Notes under the pieces: generated by a model
The model's database searches: none
Seen by the model: only the letters and a program-made list of their open reading frames with translations
What the model was told of the DNA's origin: nothing
Assembly: GCA_028534125.1 (NCBI GenBank)
Contig: CM052817.1
Location: 16,556,001 to 16,620,000, forward strand
Length of the DNA stretch: 64,000 bases
Origin: Lama glama
Lineage: Eukaryota
Reading direction: 5' to 3'
Translations under genes and position numbers: made by a program
Shown here: positions 27,201-40,170 of the stretch, piece by piece
How the letters are laid out: the number at the start of each line of letters is the position of its first letter
Numbering within the stretch: position 1 is the stretch's first letter

Positions 27201-28311
27201 AGGAAGGATAACATTTGTTCTCTCTGCCTCCAGTGACAGATCTAGGCTCAATGGGCAGAAGTTGCAAATAGACACATTTTAATTCCATATCCCTCTAAGT
27301 GAGATACTGAAATATGTCTTCCCAAAGGTCACCTGGAAATGTGTTTTCACCTTATAATTCTTATCGAAGAATGTATCTTTGTGAAGACCAGAGCTGTTAT
27401 TTTATAAGCATCGACACTGATAAGTGGCAGGTAGGTGATGCTTTTATGACTTGTGATGCTTTTATTAACTTATAGCTAAGGTTTTGTTTGCTTACTTATT
27501 AAGAAATTAAGATTAGCCATTGTATTACACATTGTAACCTGCAATAGCAAATATATGTTTTCTATTTTGAAATTAACTCACTGTACAAACACTCTTTATA
27601 AAAGAACTATATATAGTTTGAGTTTGCTTAAGAATATTGAAGCATTTTAAAAGAATTTACAGAACCATATGTAAGAGCTTGGAGAAACAGACGAAGATAC
27701 ACTAATAAAACCTTAAAGAAGAGATCAAGTAGCTGACAAGTGAGAGACTAACAGTGAACCTGGAGGAAAGAGAGGGAATTAGAAGAAGAGCAAACAGTCC
27801 TACAACTGCCAGTTAGAAGAGGAGAGGAGGATAATCCATCAACTGTAATCAAGGTGGATGAGCACAGCATAGAAAATGTTGTTACAACTGTGTGCATTGC
27901 ATTGATCTTGGACTGTGGTACCCTGCTGTATATAACCCTACTGCATTTAAACGATCATCCACAAGCCACAGGGGTAAGACTCAGGACCACAGCTAGCTTA
28001 TCCAACACTCCTGCGTGAGTCAGGAAAAGGCCCCCTACCGGACAGATGCAGCCATGTAGGTGAGTGGAATATGGGTGGACCTTTCTCATGTCCCTTCTGC
28101 TGAGCATCTTTGCACAGGGTAGAGCTGTATCCACAGACCTGGATTGTCTTGACATGATCTATTCCTATGTTGTGTAACCCATAGTTAGAATTCTATATCT
28201 TTGCCCTTTAAGGATTGGGTCAGAAGAATGAGGTTATTCATTGTGTTTAGAATCGAATGGAATATATCATACTACATACAGCTGGCAAGGAAGAATTTTC
28301 AGAGCTCTCCC

Positions 28312-28633
28312 AATAAAAAAGAATAAAGTAATGCCATCTGCAGCAACATGCATGGATCTGGAAACTGTCATAAGTAAGCCAGAAAGAGAAAGAAAAATAC
28401 CGTATGTTATCACTTATACATGGAATCTAAAAAAAAATGACAAATGAACTTATTACAAAACAGAAAGAGACTCATAGACATAGAAAACAAACTTGTGGTT
28501 ACCAAAGGGGAAAGAGGAGATGGAGGGATAAATTGGGTGCTTGGGATTTGCAAATACTAACTACTATATATAAAATAGATAAACAACAAGGTCCAACAAG
28601 GTATAGCACGGGGAACTGTATCCAATACCTTAT
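28312..28633 (+). mobile_element. L1 3' fragment lacking its terminal region and tail
   Basis: ATGCCATCTGCAGCAACATG...GTATAGCACGGGGAACTGTATCCAATACCTT, then an abrupt end. Confidence 0.85.
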
Positions 28634-28639
28634 CTAGTT

Positions 28640-29730
28640 GATGATGTCTATGAGATACCACTTTGGATCTTTCTGAAATCTTAAAAAACATGCTTTGAGG
28701 CCACGCTGCTCTGGCTCAGTTTTTACCCTGTGACCACATTTTCCTGAAAATCTTTTTCCTGGGGCTTTTTCCCCCCTTCACTTTAAGAACCATTTGCTGG
28801 CTAAAAATACTCTCTTGGGCCATTTGTATTTCCTCCAAATTCCACTTGAAAACTGAATAGTTGGGTTTTCAGTTTATGTGTTTATATTTCTCTGCTCTTA
28901 TTTTATTATAGGCAGCTCAAAGAAGCCAGGTGGCATCTTAAATACTCTGCCTGGAAATTTTCTTAGAGCACAGAGTTCACTGAGTGTATTTTCTAATCTC
29001 TACATTACTGCAGGTGATGCTTTTGCTAAACTTTCCACCACTACATAACCAGTCTTCTTTCCTTCAGCTTCTGTAACATTGTCCTCGCATTCCCCTAAGC
29101 TCTCACTGACATACTTCGCCAGGCCTTCCAGCCCTTACACCTTGCCCAGCGTCAAAGCCAATGTGTTAAATTTTTATTGTAGCAGATCCTCATTTTCAGG
29201 TACCAAAATTCATTTTTGTCACCAGTGTTGTGTGGAAAAACTGCCTCCAAACTGAGTGGCTTAAACAAACCGTTTTATTTTGCTCATGATTTTGTGCATC
29301 AGAAATTTGAAAAGGGCCCAGCTGAGCAGTTACCACTTGAGGTTACTCATGCAGTTGCAGAAAATGTCAGCTGGGGCTGCAAACATCTGATGACTTAACT
29401 GGGCTGGGTGTCCAAGATGGCGCACTCATGCGGTTAGGAGTTGACGCTGACATTAGCTGCAAGCTCAGCCAGCATGGCAGTCTGAGGACACTTAGCTTTC
29501 TTTTATGGTGCTAGTTTCCCCTAGGGCTAACATCCCAAAAGAGCCAGGCAAAAGCTGCATGGCCTTTCCTGACCCAGTTTTGCAAGTTTGTGCAACATCA
29601 CTTCTGCTGCTTTCCATTGGCAATAAAGAGGTTAGTAAGTCATCCTAGATTAGAGAGAAGACATAGAAACTACCTCATAAAATGAGAAATAGCAAATGAT
29701 TTGCAGATATGTTTCAATACTGCCATGCAA
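28640..29730 (-). mobile_element. Old MaLR LTR (MLT1) plus adjacent internal sequence
   Basis: AGTGGCTTAAACAA...TTTTGCTCATGATTTTGTG; TCCAAGATGG; LTR/internal junction GGTACCAAAATTC at ~29200. Confidence 0.7.
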
Positions 29731-30510
29731 CAGATTAAGTTCTCTAGGATTAAATACAGAAGACAGAATCTAGGATTGCATGTATACTGTCATTGGAGCC
29801 ATACACAAGAACGGGCATACGGGAAACACTGGAAAGAAATGCAAAAACTATTGTAGCTATTTTGTTATTAAGGATGATTTTTCTTCATTTATTTTACAAT
29901 GGGAAAGAAAGAAGGAAGGAATGAAAACAACATATATAGCATATATCTAAGTGTTCCATGTTTTTGCTTCCTAAACTCTGCTCCATTTTTCTTAGAGTTG
30001 ACATTTAGGGTGCCTGTGAGAATCGCTTTAAGCTGGGTCTAGACATGAGATGGAGCATTGAGAAGATGACTGGCTGGGCACGGAGGCTGCCCTGGCTGTG
30101 GTGGGCAGACTGAGCCTTGGTCTTCAGGCTTTTATATGACACTTCTAGGACTATCTAATTTGTGGCCACGCAGAAGCCCATAGGTGCTACCTTCTTAGTT
30201 GCAGGTTTAATACCTCCTAAAGTAGGTTCATACGTTTCATTACAGTCAAATTCTGTTTCTTCTGTGAGAGAATTAAAAGGAGACATAGATCAAGTGATGC
30301 AACTGAAAAATGGTATAAACCTGTCCAGACAGAATGTTCTTACATTCAGCCACTCAAGCAATGAGGAGTCAAACGCCATCTATGTGTTATAGCTGTACAC
30401 GCCACACCACACCCATCTTGTCCCCCACAACATTGTGACTTCCAGGGAGCTTCCTTGAGCTACTTTTGCTCACACATCAGGACCTGGATCATAATACAAG
30501 TGGAAGAACT

Positions 30511-30886
30511 CTCTTGGGCTGAACTGGGAACTCTCAAAATTCCTGTGTTGAAGCCCTAACACCCCAATGTGGCTATACTTAGAAACAAGGCCTTAAAGAG
30601 TTAACTAAGGTTAAACAAGGTCATCAGGGTGGACCCTAATCTGACAGGACTAGTGCCCTTATAAGAAGCGGAGGAGACACCAGAGATCTCTCTCTGTGCA
30701 CACAGAGGAAAAGCCATGTGAGGACACAGAAAAAGCGCAGCAATCTGCAAGCCAGGAAGAGAGGCCTCAGCCCCTAACACCTTGCTCTGAGACTTCCGGC
30801 CTCCGGAACTAGGAGAAGCTAAATCTCTGCTGTTTAAGCTCTCAGTCTATGGTACTTTATTTTGGCAGCCAGAGCAGACTAATACA
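30511..30886 (+). mobile_element. MaLR LTR (MLT1A-like)
   Basis: TGTTGAAGCCCTAAC...GCCATGTGAGGACACAG...TGCAAGCCAGGAAGAGAGGCCTCA...GACTAATACA. Confidence 0.88.
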
Positions 30887-33165
30887 AAGCCCATTAAGCT
30901 GGTTCCTGGTGTCCTTTTGACACGTCCCCGTAGGTTACTGATCACTTCTTTATGTTCTGGCACAGTAAGATGTTCTAGGTTATCTAATGCTTTCCCTGCC
31001 TGTGACAGGCAGAACAATGTCCCCCCACCTCCAAAGATGTCCACATCTTTACCCTCCAAAACCTATGCATAGGTCACCTTGACGGTGATCAGCCGAGTAC
31101 GTCTGCTACCACGTGAAACTGCCCTCAAGGAGAACCAAGAAAAGAATTTTGAAAACCACACATTTGTAATTTTTCCTAATGAGAGAAATGTTGAAGATGA
31201 GCTTAACTGAAATTTAGCAAAATGAGAAGCTGTTTGGAGGATGAGATAGTTCATTTCTTCTCATTCTGCACAGCAGAGATAAGTGAAGATGGTACCGAGT
31301 TGCTGTCAGATGGACTTGAAGTGGGTGCTAAGGAGAAATGGAGGGCTTATGCCATTGCAGTGGGGCAGGTACAAGATCAAAGCTATCCTCTGAGGGAAGA
31401 CCTGCAACGTATGAACCAATTCCCAACGATTCCAATGTGTCTACAGTGAGGCACAAAACCAGGAGTTGAGAAGAAGCCAAAGATGCTTAAGACATAATCC
31501 CTGTCCTCAAGGAATTCACAGTCTAGGGACAGATTCTCATCTACATGGGCAACCAAAGAGATGACCAAGACTACATAAGGCATGTTTCTGGTGCTGGCAA
31601 GTAAATCAGAGAACTCATTTACTGACCCAAGTGACAGAGGGATTTGAATGATACAAGGCAGAAAGGCAGCAGTGAGGAATCTGATTTGAAAAGCTCAGCA
31701 GAGAAAATCCCACTCATCTCAAAAGGAGCTTTATCACAGTTGATAGAAGCCTGATACAAAAGAAATGGGAGAATGTGGCAGGTCAAGGGCTTGTGAAAAC
31801 ACATAGCTGTTTGTGGTCATCGCACATGTGTTTGCTGATCTTAAACAGCTGCAGGAGAATCACGTGAGCAGGAACATGGCAAGTGAACTCAAGGATGCTA
31901 GCTCCACGGCTGAGGCCGCCTCTCCTGACACCACTGATAAGATGGTGAAGAAATCAGCTGGAAAGTTTCAAGAATTCCGCTGATGTGGGGGAAGCTCTAA
32001 GCTTCCTGTCCTTGGCTTCTGTTCCATAGGAAACCCTCCAGAGGTCTCTAAGCTCAACTTTATGCTTAACTCATGAGCGCCATATGCCTTTTGCACATTT
32101 CTAACAAGTTGATAATTGAAGATTTTTAACATTTCCCCAGATTCACACAAGAAGAGTGCTTTGTGTAGTGGTTAAAAGCTCAGGTTTTGGAGTGATTGTC
32201 CAGCTATAAGGTCTTAGAAACTTTTCAGGCTGTGTGAGCTAAGTTGAATTACTAAACCTTTCTGGGCCTCAGTTTTTCTTCTATAAAATTTGGATGACAG
32301 TATAACAAACACTCTCATGGTAAGTGGGCTCTGTACTTGGTTGACTCCATGTCAGACTCCTTTGCAGGATGCTCAGACCCTTGGTGAGAGACTGACTTAA
32401 ACTGGTGCTGTTTCACCTCAGTCGAGCTGTTTGTGTCTCACCTCGGGCCCTAGAGGTGGGAAAGAAAACCTTTTCCTCCCTGTTGTGGAGTTTGGCTGAG
32501 TCAGTGGGGACATCTCCCTCAGCCTTTCTGATGGCAGATGAGGGAAGCTTGTCCTAGCTCCAGAGCAACCAGAAGGTGCATGTCAGGGAAACTGATCTGT
32601 TAAGGATGCCCAGACAGGCATGCCCAGATAAAAACTATGAGGTTTTATCTGTATTTCACTTCCCTGTCATTACTCCCACACTTACACTAGGTCCCATTAA
32701 AAATGACATCCTGGTCTCTGATACCCGGTGGGAATCAAGTGGAAGAGCATGCCCATGACTGGGATTCAGTGAACATGATAAGGGGAGCCTTTGCTTCCTT
32801 GAGATCAGATTGGCGGTAGTGGTGGAGTCACCAGCAGAGGGTCACTGAGGGCAGAGTCATCATATGGTGGCATGATGAAGTGGCCCGAGTGGCTAAACTC
32901 AAGAATCTGTGTCCTGGCACATGGAAGACGGCACTTAGAGGACTAAACTAGCTGGAAAATGCTGTGATGAAATGGGGGTGGTGGTATTTTCCACTAACCA
33001 AGTAGGCAGGGTTGAGGATACAGTCCCTTGGGTTACCAGCCTAACACTTTCCTTTGATGGAACACACATACACCCACACCCAGTGTTAAGGTCATTGTAT
33101 TTAACCACTGCTGTGTAGACAAGCACTAATCTCAAAGGATGTAGCTGGCCCTTGTGCTCAAGCTT

Positions 33166-33390
33166 CCAATCATTTATGGAAGAAAGAAAATCCCACTACT
33201 GGTGACATGGAAAAAACTCCAAACCCTTTTATAAAGGAGAGAAAGAATAATTGGGTTGGCCATGATTTTCCCCATAAACTGTGGATTCTTTCCTGTTGAG
33301 ACCCAAAGAACTCTCACCACCCATCTTTTTGAATTCTGAATTTTGACACTGGGAGTTTTTTTCAAGAGAACAGAGGGAATTAGATTTTCT
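33166..33390 (+). repeat. Dispersed direct repeat, copy 1
   Basis: Shares CTGGTGACATGGAAA, TTTTATAAAGGAGAGAA and TTTCAAGAGAACAGAGG, in the same order and similar spacing, with 34462-34683. Confidence 0.9.
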
Positions 33391-34461
33391 GGATGCCCCA
33401 CTGTGCCAGGAATCAATCCTTTATTTGCTGGGTCCTGGGGAAATCGATGAGATCCCAGAGGAGGTCCTGGGGAGCTGATAGTGGGAAGCAAACAGAGGGC
33501 TTGGGTCAATGTCTCTTTACAAAGCAGTATGAAAATATTCCAATGTTTTAACAACAGGAGCAGCTGAGCACTGATGCATGCCAGTCCTGCCTACCTGTAC
33601 CATACTTACACACAGCAGAGAGGCCCTCAACCCGGTGTCCTGTCCTGACAGGCATAGATAGAAGACTGAGGCTCTGGGTGCTCCAAGCATAAGCTAAGAA
33701 AGGGGTAGAAGGTCCACCCTGCTTCAGTTCAGCCACCTTCCACGCTCTGGCCGGTGCTTCTACATATCCCCCTGCGTGGGCAGGGAGGCTGCGTGGGAGG
33801 GGCTTCGTGCTACTGCTCCTTTCTCCCGAGTCTCCAAAGCGGGGCAGGTCCGCATGCCCCAGTTCCCATTTTAGGGCTGTGCTCTGCCTTGCCTAAAATT
33901 AAAAGGTTGACTTATTTTTAACTTTAGCTCTTCTGCTTCTGGGCCTGCATGAATGCTGGTTGATTCGTAGCTGGCAAGATGAAACTATTTCTATGACCAC
34001 AAAACCCCATTCAGGGTCCCACAAACTCAACCCACATCCTCCTACTCCAAATCAATGAGGCTGACTCAGTTTCCTGCTGACTCATGGCAGTCCTGGTTTC
34101 ATCTGTCAGCTGGTTCCACAGGTTTAAAGTACCGCAGGGCAGAAACCACGATCTCCGGGAATCAGAGCGCTACATATGGCCACTGTGAGGGGCTAGGTGT
34201 GGTCCTCAGACCCTACCATTGTCCTCATGGTCCAGATCTTCTCACTGGGCTGAATACGCCCAATTTGCACTCTGAAATGGGAGTGTGAACAAGAGTAGGG
34301 GGAACAAAGCCGCATGGGGAAGCCTAAGGCTGAGATTGCTCCTGAGCCAAAGGCCTCCAATTCCCCATCCAATTCAAAGGCAACTTGAAATCCAACACCT
34401 TGGGATAGTCAGGCAACCTGATGATCAGCTGCTTAGAAGAACTAGATTCTAAACTAAACCG

Positions 34462-34683
34462 CCAATCATGGGGAAGTCACTCTAAAAGAAAGTAAACTCT
34501 GTTGCTGGTGACATGGAAAGAATTTAAAGCTGTTTTATAAAGGAGAGAAGGGAAAATGAAAATTTTCCCAATAAACCACATATTACTTCCTGCTGAGATT
34601 GATAGGATTCTCAATACTAATATTTTTAATTCTGGGTTTTGATCCTGGGGTTCTTTCAAGAGAACAGAGGAATCAGATTTTCT
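34462..34683 (+). repeat. Dispersed direct repeat, copy 2
   Basis: Colinear with 33166-33390 at an offset of ~1.3 kb. Confidence 0.9.
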
Positions 34684-35053
34684 TAAAGGAATATGTTCCT
34701 GACAAGATCAACCTTTTTATATCTACTCTAGTAAATCTCTTCGCACAATTAACAACACACACTCCTGTTGGCCAAAAAAAGTTGATAATCTTTTAATAAA
34801 AACATCCAATTCCAAGATGATGGAACAAAACACTTTATCTTCTCCTAATTCTTAATTTTAATAAAATCTAGGGGCTCTGGGAATAGGGATTACAAGTGAC
34901 AGGTAAATGGTTCCTCTTGTGGGAGCAGCTAAGGAATTTAAGAGAGAACCTGTCTGTACCCAAACCAGAGAAACACACTTTCAAATAACCACTGAATTTC
35001 TGTGCTTACACCCTAAGATGCAATTTTTGAGTATCCCTAAACAACTGTTAAAT

Positions 35054-35471
35054 TGTGGTGATTAATTCCATGTGTCAGCTTGGCTGGGCCACCATGTCCA
35101 GATATGTGCTCAAACATCCTTCTGAATGTTTCCATGACACTCAGTGTTTTTGGAAGAGATTAACCTTAAACCAGTAGACTCTGAGCAAAGCAGATAGCTC
35201 TTTATAACATAGGTGGGCCTCATCCAATCAGTTGACGGCCTGAATAGAACAGAAGACTCACCTCTCCAAGCTAGAGGGAATTCATCAGCAGACGGCCTTT
35301 AAAGGTGAACTATAGCATCTTCTCTTCCTCTTCTCTGGTCTTGAGCCTGCAGCCCCATTCTGCAGATTTTGGACTTTCATCTTTGTAATCACATGAACCA
35401 ATTCCTTAAAATAAATCTCTGTGTACGTACACATCCTGTTCGTTTTTCTCTGGAGAGCTCTGACTAATACA
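35054..35471 (+). mobile_element. MLT2-type ERVL LTR
   Basis: TGTGGTGATTAATTCCATGTGTCAGCTTGGCTGGGCC start; GGTGGGCCTCATCCAATCAGTTGA; CTCTGACTAATACA end. Confidence 0.88.
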
Positions 35472-35509
35472 GATGTGTTTCCCTATTTCCCTAATCTGAT
35501 CCCTGCTTA

Positions 35510-35680
35510 TATTTGCTTCTCAATCTTGGCTGAACAGTGGACTCACCAAGGGAGCTTTAAAGACACAGATGCCTGTGTCCCCGCCTGATTTGATTTGTCT
35601 AGGCTATGGCCTGGACATCAAAATTTTAAAAGCTTCCTAGATGATTCTAAAATGCAATGAGACGGTTGCAAAATACTGTC
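35510..35680. mobile_element. MER5A-like MITE (similar copies at ~17670-17830, ~54590-54750, ~57810-57930)
   Basis: TCACCAAGGGAGCTTTAAA...TTTTAAAAGCTTCCTAGATGATTCTAA. Confidence 0.65.
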
Positions 35681-36149
35681 TTTCAGTCCCTTGGTCAAAT
35701 AATCTAAATTACCACTGGGCTAAAACTCCTCAACTACTCTATTTCCTCATCAGCTGATTGGCTCCCTCTGCTGCAGATCTCACCCGTATGGACTCCAGAG
35801 CAGGGTCACAGTGTCCCAGAATGGATTTTTTTCCTCACCACCTACTTGTGAAAGCACTTGGGGTCATCAAGTATAACCCACTTTACTTTGTATTTACACA
35901 AATTCCTATCTTTAAGGAGAAAAACATACTTTTTCACGTCAATGTTTTACATTAATTCTTTGACACTGGCAAGTGGCTAGTTAATTTACATCTACTTTAC
36001 TCACAAGGAAACAGGGATAAAACAGACAATTTCTTTACACAGAATTATTCTTAACAGCCAAAACTGTCCAGTGAAGGAATAAATTGTCTTTTGAGAATTT
36101 TTTCCCGTAATGGTTCTTATGAAGTCATGGAACCATGTCTACTGCTCTA

Positions 36150-37375
36150 TTTGCACATGAGCAACACATACAAGGTTATCCATTAAAGTCTGGATTGTGG
36201 AAGTAAAAGACTGGAAACAACCTAAGTGTCTACCACGAGGGACTGGTTAAAAAATTATAGTACATCCTAAAATGACCTGCTACGCAGTCATAAAAGGAAA
36301 TGAGGCAGCTCTTCACTCTTCATGTTCTGATATGGAAGGATCCAGTCATGCGCTGGAGGTGGTTTGGACTAATTCATGAGTGCAGATCATTAGCTTCTTT
36401 TCCTAACTCTGTAGTCAGTGACCTCACATAGCTTGAAATTGACCATGGTGGCAGTTACACCATGGAAATCTGTAAATGCTACCAATCAAGGCACTCCCTA
36501 CCCAACAAGAGCTGGTTGTTAAATATTTACTAGCACACCACTGAAAAGGTCTCCAGAACCCATTGTCAAACCCAGTATTGTGAACAAAGCAAAGTGCAGT
36601 ACAACATGCTTAGTATGCTAGCAACTGTGTAAAAATAAGGGAAATTACAAATTAAAGAAACCTTACTCCTCAACATTTAAATACAAAATTACTGTCTGAC
36701 CCAGCAATTTCTCTCCGAGGTATACACCCAAAAGAAATGAAAACATATATCCACATAGAAACTTGTATACAAATGACTATAGCAGCATTATTCATAATAA
36801 CCAATAGGTGAAAACAACCCAAATGTCATTCATTAACAGATGAATGAATAAACAAATTGTGGTATATACATAGAACAGAATGTTATTCAGCCATAAAAAT
36901 GAACGAAGCTGTGATACACGCTACAACTTGGATAAACCTTGAATACATTATAAGTGAAAGAAGCTAGACAAAAAAGGTCATGATTCCTTTTATATGAGAT
37001 ACCCAGAATAGGCAAATCCACAGAGATGGAAAGCAGATTAAGAGTTACCAATAGAGGGGAGGGGGAAACAGGGAGTGATAATGTAATGGTTAATTTTGAT
37101 TTTTGCTTTTCCTGGGGTGGTGAAAAAGTTTTAGAGAGAGGTGATGGCTGCACAACATTGTAACTACACTAAATGCCACTGAATTGTATACTTTAAAATT
37201 GCTATATAAGAATTTCACCTCAAGTTTAAAAAAAACTTCTGGAAAGCTATACATAGAAACCATATTGTATAAACTAGTTGTCTCTGGGGAGGAGCACTGG
37301 GTACCTGGGAGACAGGGCACCAAGGTGTCTTTTCATTGTATGCTTTTTTTTTGTACTTTAAAATTTTGAACCATG
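36150..37375 (+). mobile_element. Nested L1 3' fragments plus a hAT-Tip100-like MITE (36343-36543)
   Basis: GACCCAGCAATT...ACCCAAAAGAAATGAAAACATAT; ATGCCACTGAATTGTATACTT; MITE ends CAGTCATGCGCTGG / CTAGCACACCACTG. Confidence 0.75.
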
Positions 37376-39759
37376 TGGACAAGAAGGGATATGAAGTTCT
37401 AATAGATGTATGTGTCCTCTCTACAAAGTCCAAGATAAATAGGTAAAGAATGAGTTAGTGGCAGGTCACAATTAATTCAAAGTCTACAAACGAAGATTCT
37501 AGCTCAGTCCTCCAAATACTTGTTTTCTAGAGGCTCCCATTGGTTGGGCTAAATTCATCATATCCCATCAGGGAGAGCATCATTTTGGAAGGCAACTGGG
37601 CATCTGGATTGGCTCTGCCTTGTGAATGGAAGATGTAGCAGAATGCTCAGGAGACTTGGTGGTAGAGTGGGTGAGGCAGATCTGGGGAATGGCCACATGT
37701 CCTTGGGTTAGGTGTGTGACCTCTCTGAGACTCAGTTTTCTCTCCATAAAATGGGGATGATCAGACCTACTTCTCAGAGTTCGTGTGGCAATGTTATAGA
37801 GTATTAAGGTAATATAAGGATGTTCCTGGTACCCTGCAAGCACGGAGCAATGCTAGTGTCCTTTCCCAGGAAGGGGGCAGTGCTGCAGGTTTCTGCCTGC
37901 TCAAGGGACTCTACCCAGAGACTTTTCATGAAGATTTGCTCAGCCTTCATTGTTCGACTAGCCCAGCTACAAGCTCAATCTTTCTCTAGTATCTTTCCGA
38001 GCCCTCCATTTCCTCCTTTTTTATAAGTCAAGACTGTATCATTGAAGTAGAGAATGAATAAAAGTAAAGAATTAGACTCCTAAGGGTGATGAGAGCTGTG
38101 ATTCTTTGAATGCTTACCTTGGGCCTTGTATTTTAAATGTTATTTCTAACTCTTACAACAGCCCTAGAAACAATAGATTTCAATCCTCACTTTCCAAAGC
38201 ACAGAGAGTTTAAGTAACTTGCTCACAGTCACACAGCACTAGTAAGAGAGCAGAAGTTGGAACCCAAGACTGCCTGACATTCTACCCTATCGCATTCCAT
38301 CATGGAACGTAACTTGTAAACTTCCAAAGTCGAGGCTACTGCTCCAGGTGGACTTAGAACAATCACAGGGATCTAGATGAAAGTTAGAAGAGGCCCCAAA
38401 CAGAATCCAGTCTAACCGCCCCCGACAACGATCCCTTACTTCAACATCCCTGATTCTCTAATGGGGAGCTCACCACCTCATGTGACACACCTTTCCATTT
38501 TTAGACAATTCTAATTACTAGGAAGACTCATAATGTGCTATTCGCGAGCCAGATTCACCTGCTATCTTCATTACAACTTCATACACCCTGATGAGGCCAT
38601 CATTAAGACATCCTCAGTTGAAATACTAAATCCATTACCTCCTGGACGTGCAGTAGGCCCCTAACACCATTGCCAAATAAAGTCCCTCCAGAACACCAGC
38701 AATGCAGACAAAGTCATGAAGGGATGTTGATTGCTGCTCCAGTTGAGTCTGGGATATGTGATTACCTTTTCCTGAAAAAAGGTTTTTCTGGATGGGATGT
38801 ATTGTCACTCGGGATGGAGGTAGAGCATGTATTGCAAAAGTTTAAAAATAATGAGTCGTGTGTATGCAGCACAATTCCTTGGTTAATTAAAATACTGCAA
38901 AAAGCAATGAAAGCTGATTTTTGTGCTTCTCTTTCTTCCTGATTTTCAGCTTCTCTGGCAGTTTTCTGTTGAGTTGAAGGACAGTCAGCGCTAAATAATA
39001 AAAAATGAGCTAATGTCGTTAGCTTCCCGCACCATGAGTTTACTGTAAGAGCCACCTGCTAACAATGGGGATTAAAAGTGGATAAGAATTAAGAAGGGGG
39101 ATCCAAGGTCTTCTGCGTGCGTGAGCCGTGCTCACCTGATTCTCCGCAAGGGAAACGAAATATGTTTATGTGATTGTGCAAACTGTGGGAAATGAAAAGA
39201 TGCCAGGGTCAGAAAAGGAATGTGGTTCCTCTGGGATTTCAGGTGGCAAATAGGATTGAGAATCTTAACGTTAATGAAGACAACAAAAATCACATAATTA
39301 ACACACACTGTTAACACCTCATTAGTCTCCCGGGGCTTAAGTTATGCTAAAAATAATCAACACATTTTGCTTAAATGAGATACTCTTACAGGTGGTGACG
39401 AAGGCTGCCTTGGCCATAGCAGAATGAGGCCATTTCTTGGCATTTTCTTCAAATGCTTTAAAGCAAGATTTATCTTCATCCCGAGGAATGGATTATTAAA
39501 AACATACGTGGAATTACAGAATGGAAATGAGTGTATTATTACGAGCCTCTCAGACTCTGAGCCTGACTCCAAAATCTTATATAACTCTATTTCACAACCC
39601 AGGTCCCTAAAGTAGGATTGTCTCCTAAATGAATCTCCTGGGGGGCACTGGTGCTGGCTACCAGTCAAGCTGTAAAATAGGCCAGTTTTGTCTGGTGTCT
39701 CTCTTCCCTGTGACACTCTAAGCATTAAAACTCCTAAACATTATATATTCACTTCCACC

Positions 39760-40170
39760 TAATCTGGTTTGGCCTATGATGGTGGAGGAAGTAATGTTGC
39801 AGGACTCTGGGCCCAGGCGTTAAGAAGGCCTGAACCTTTCGCCGTGCCTTGAGCTACCAAATAAAAAGTCCAAGTACCCCTATAGTAAAACAAGGCCACA
39901 CAGAGAGGCCCTGAGGCTGAGTCATCACACGAAGGGCAGCCACATGGAGGAACACCTAAGGCTTGGATATCCAGCCCAGTGGCAGCCCCAGTTGCCCACT
40001 GACTGAAAGTGCAAGAAAGAACCCAAGAAGAACTTGCACTTGTAGCTCTGCTGTAGCGGAACTGCCAGGATCCAATTCGCAGCCAGCCCACTATCAAAAC
40101 CACCTATGAGACATGATAAAAATGGTTGTCTGGGGTGCATACTGCAAGGCAATAATTAACCAAATCTCTC
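39760..40170 (+). mobile_element. Old MaLR LTR (MLT1H-like)
   Basis: CCCAGGCGTTAAGAAGGC, GCCACATGGAG, ATAAAATGGTTGT...GCAATAATTAACC. Confidence 0.55.
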
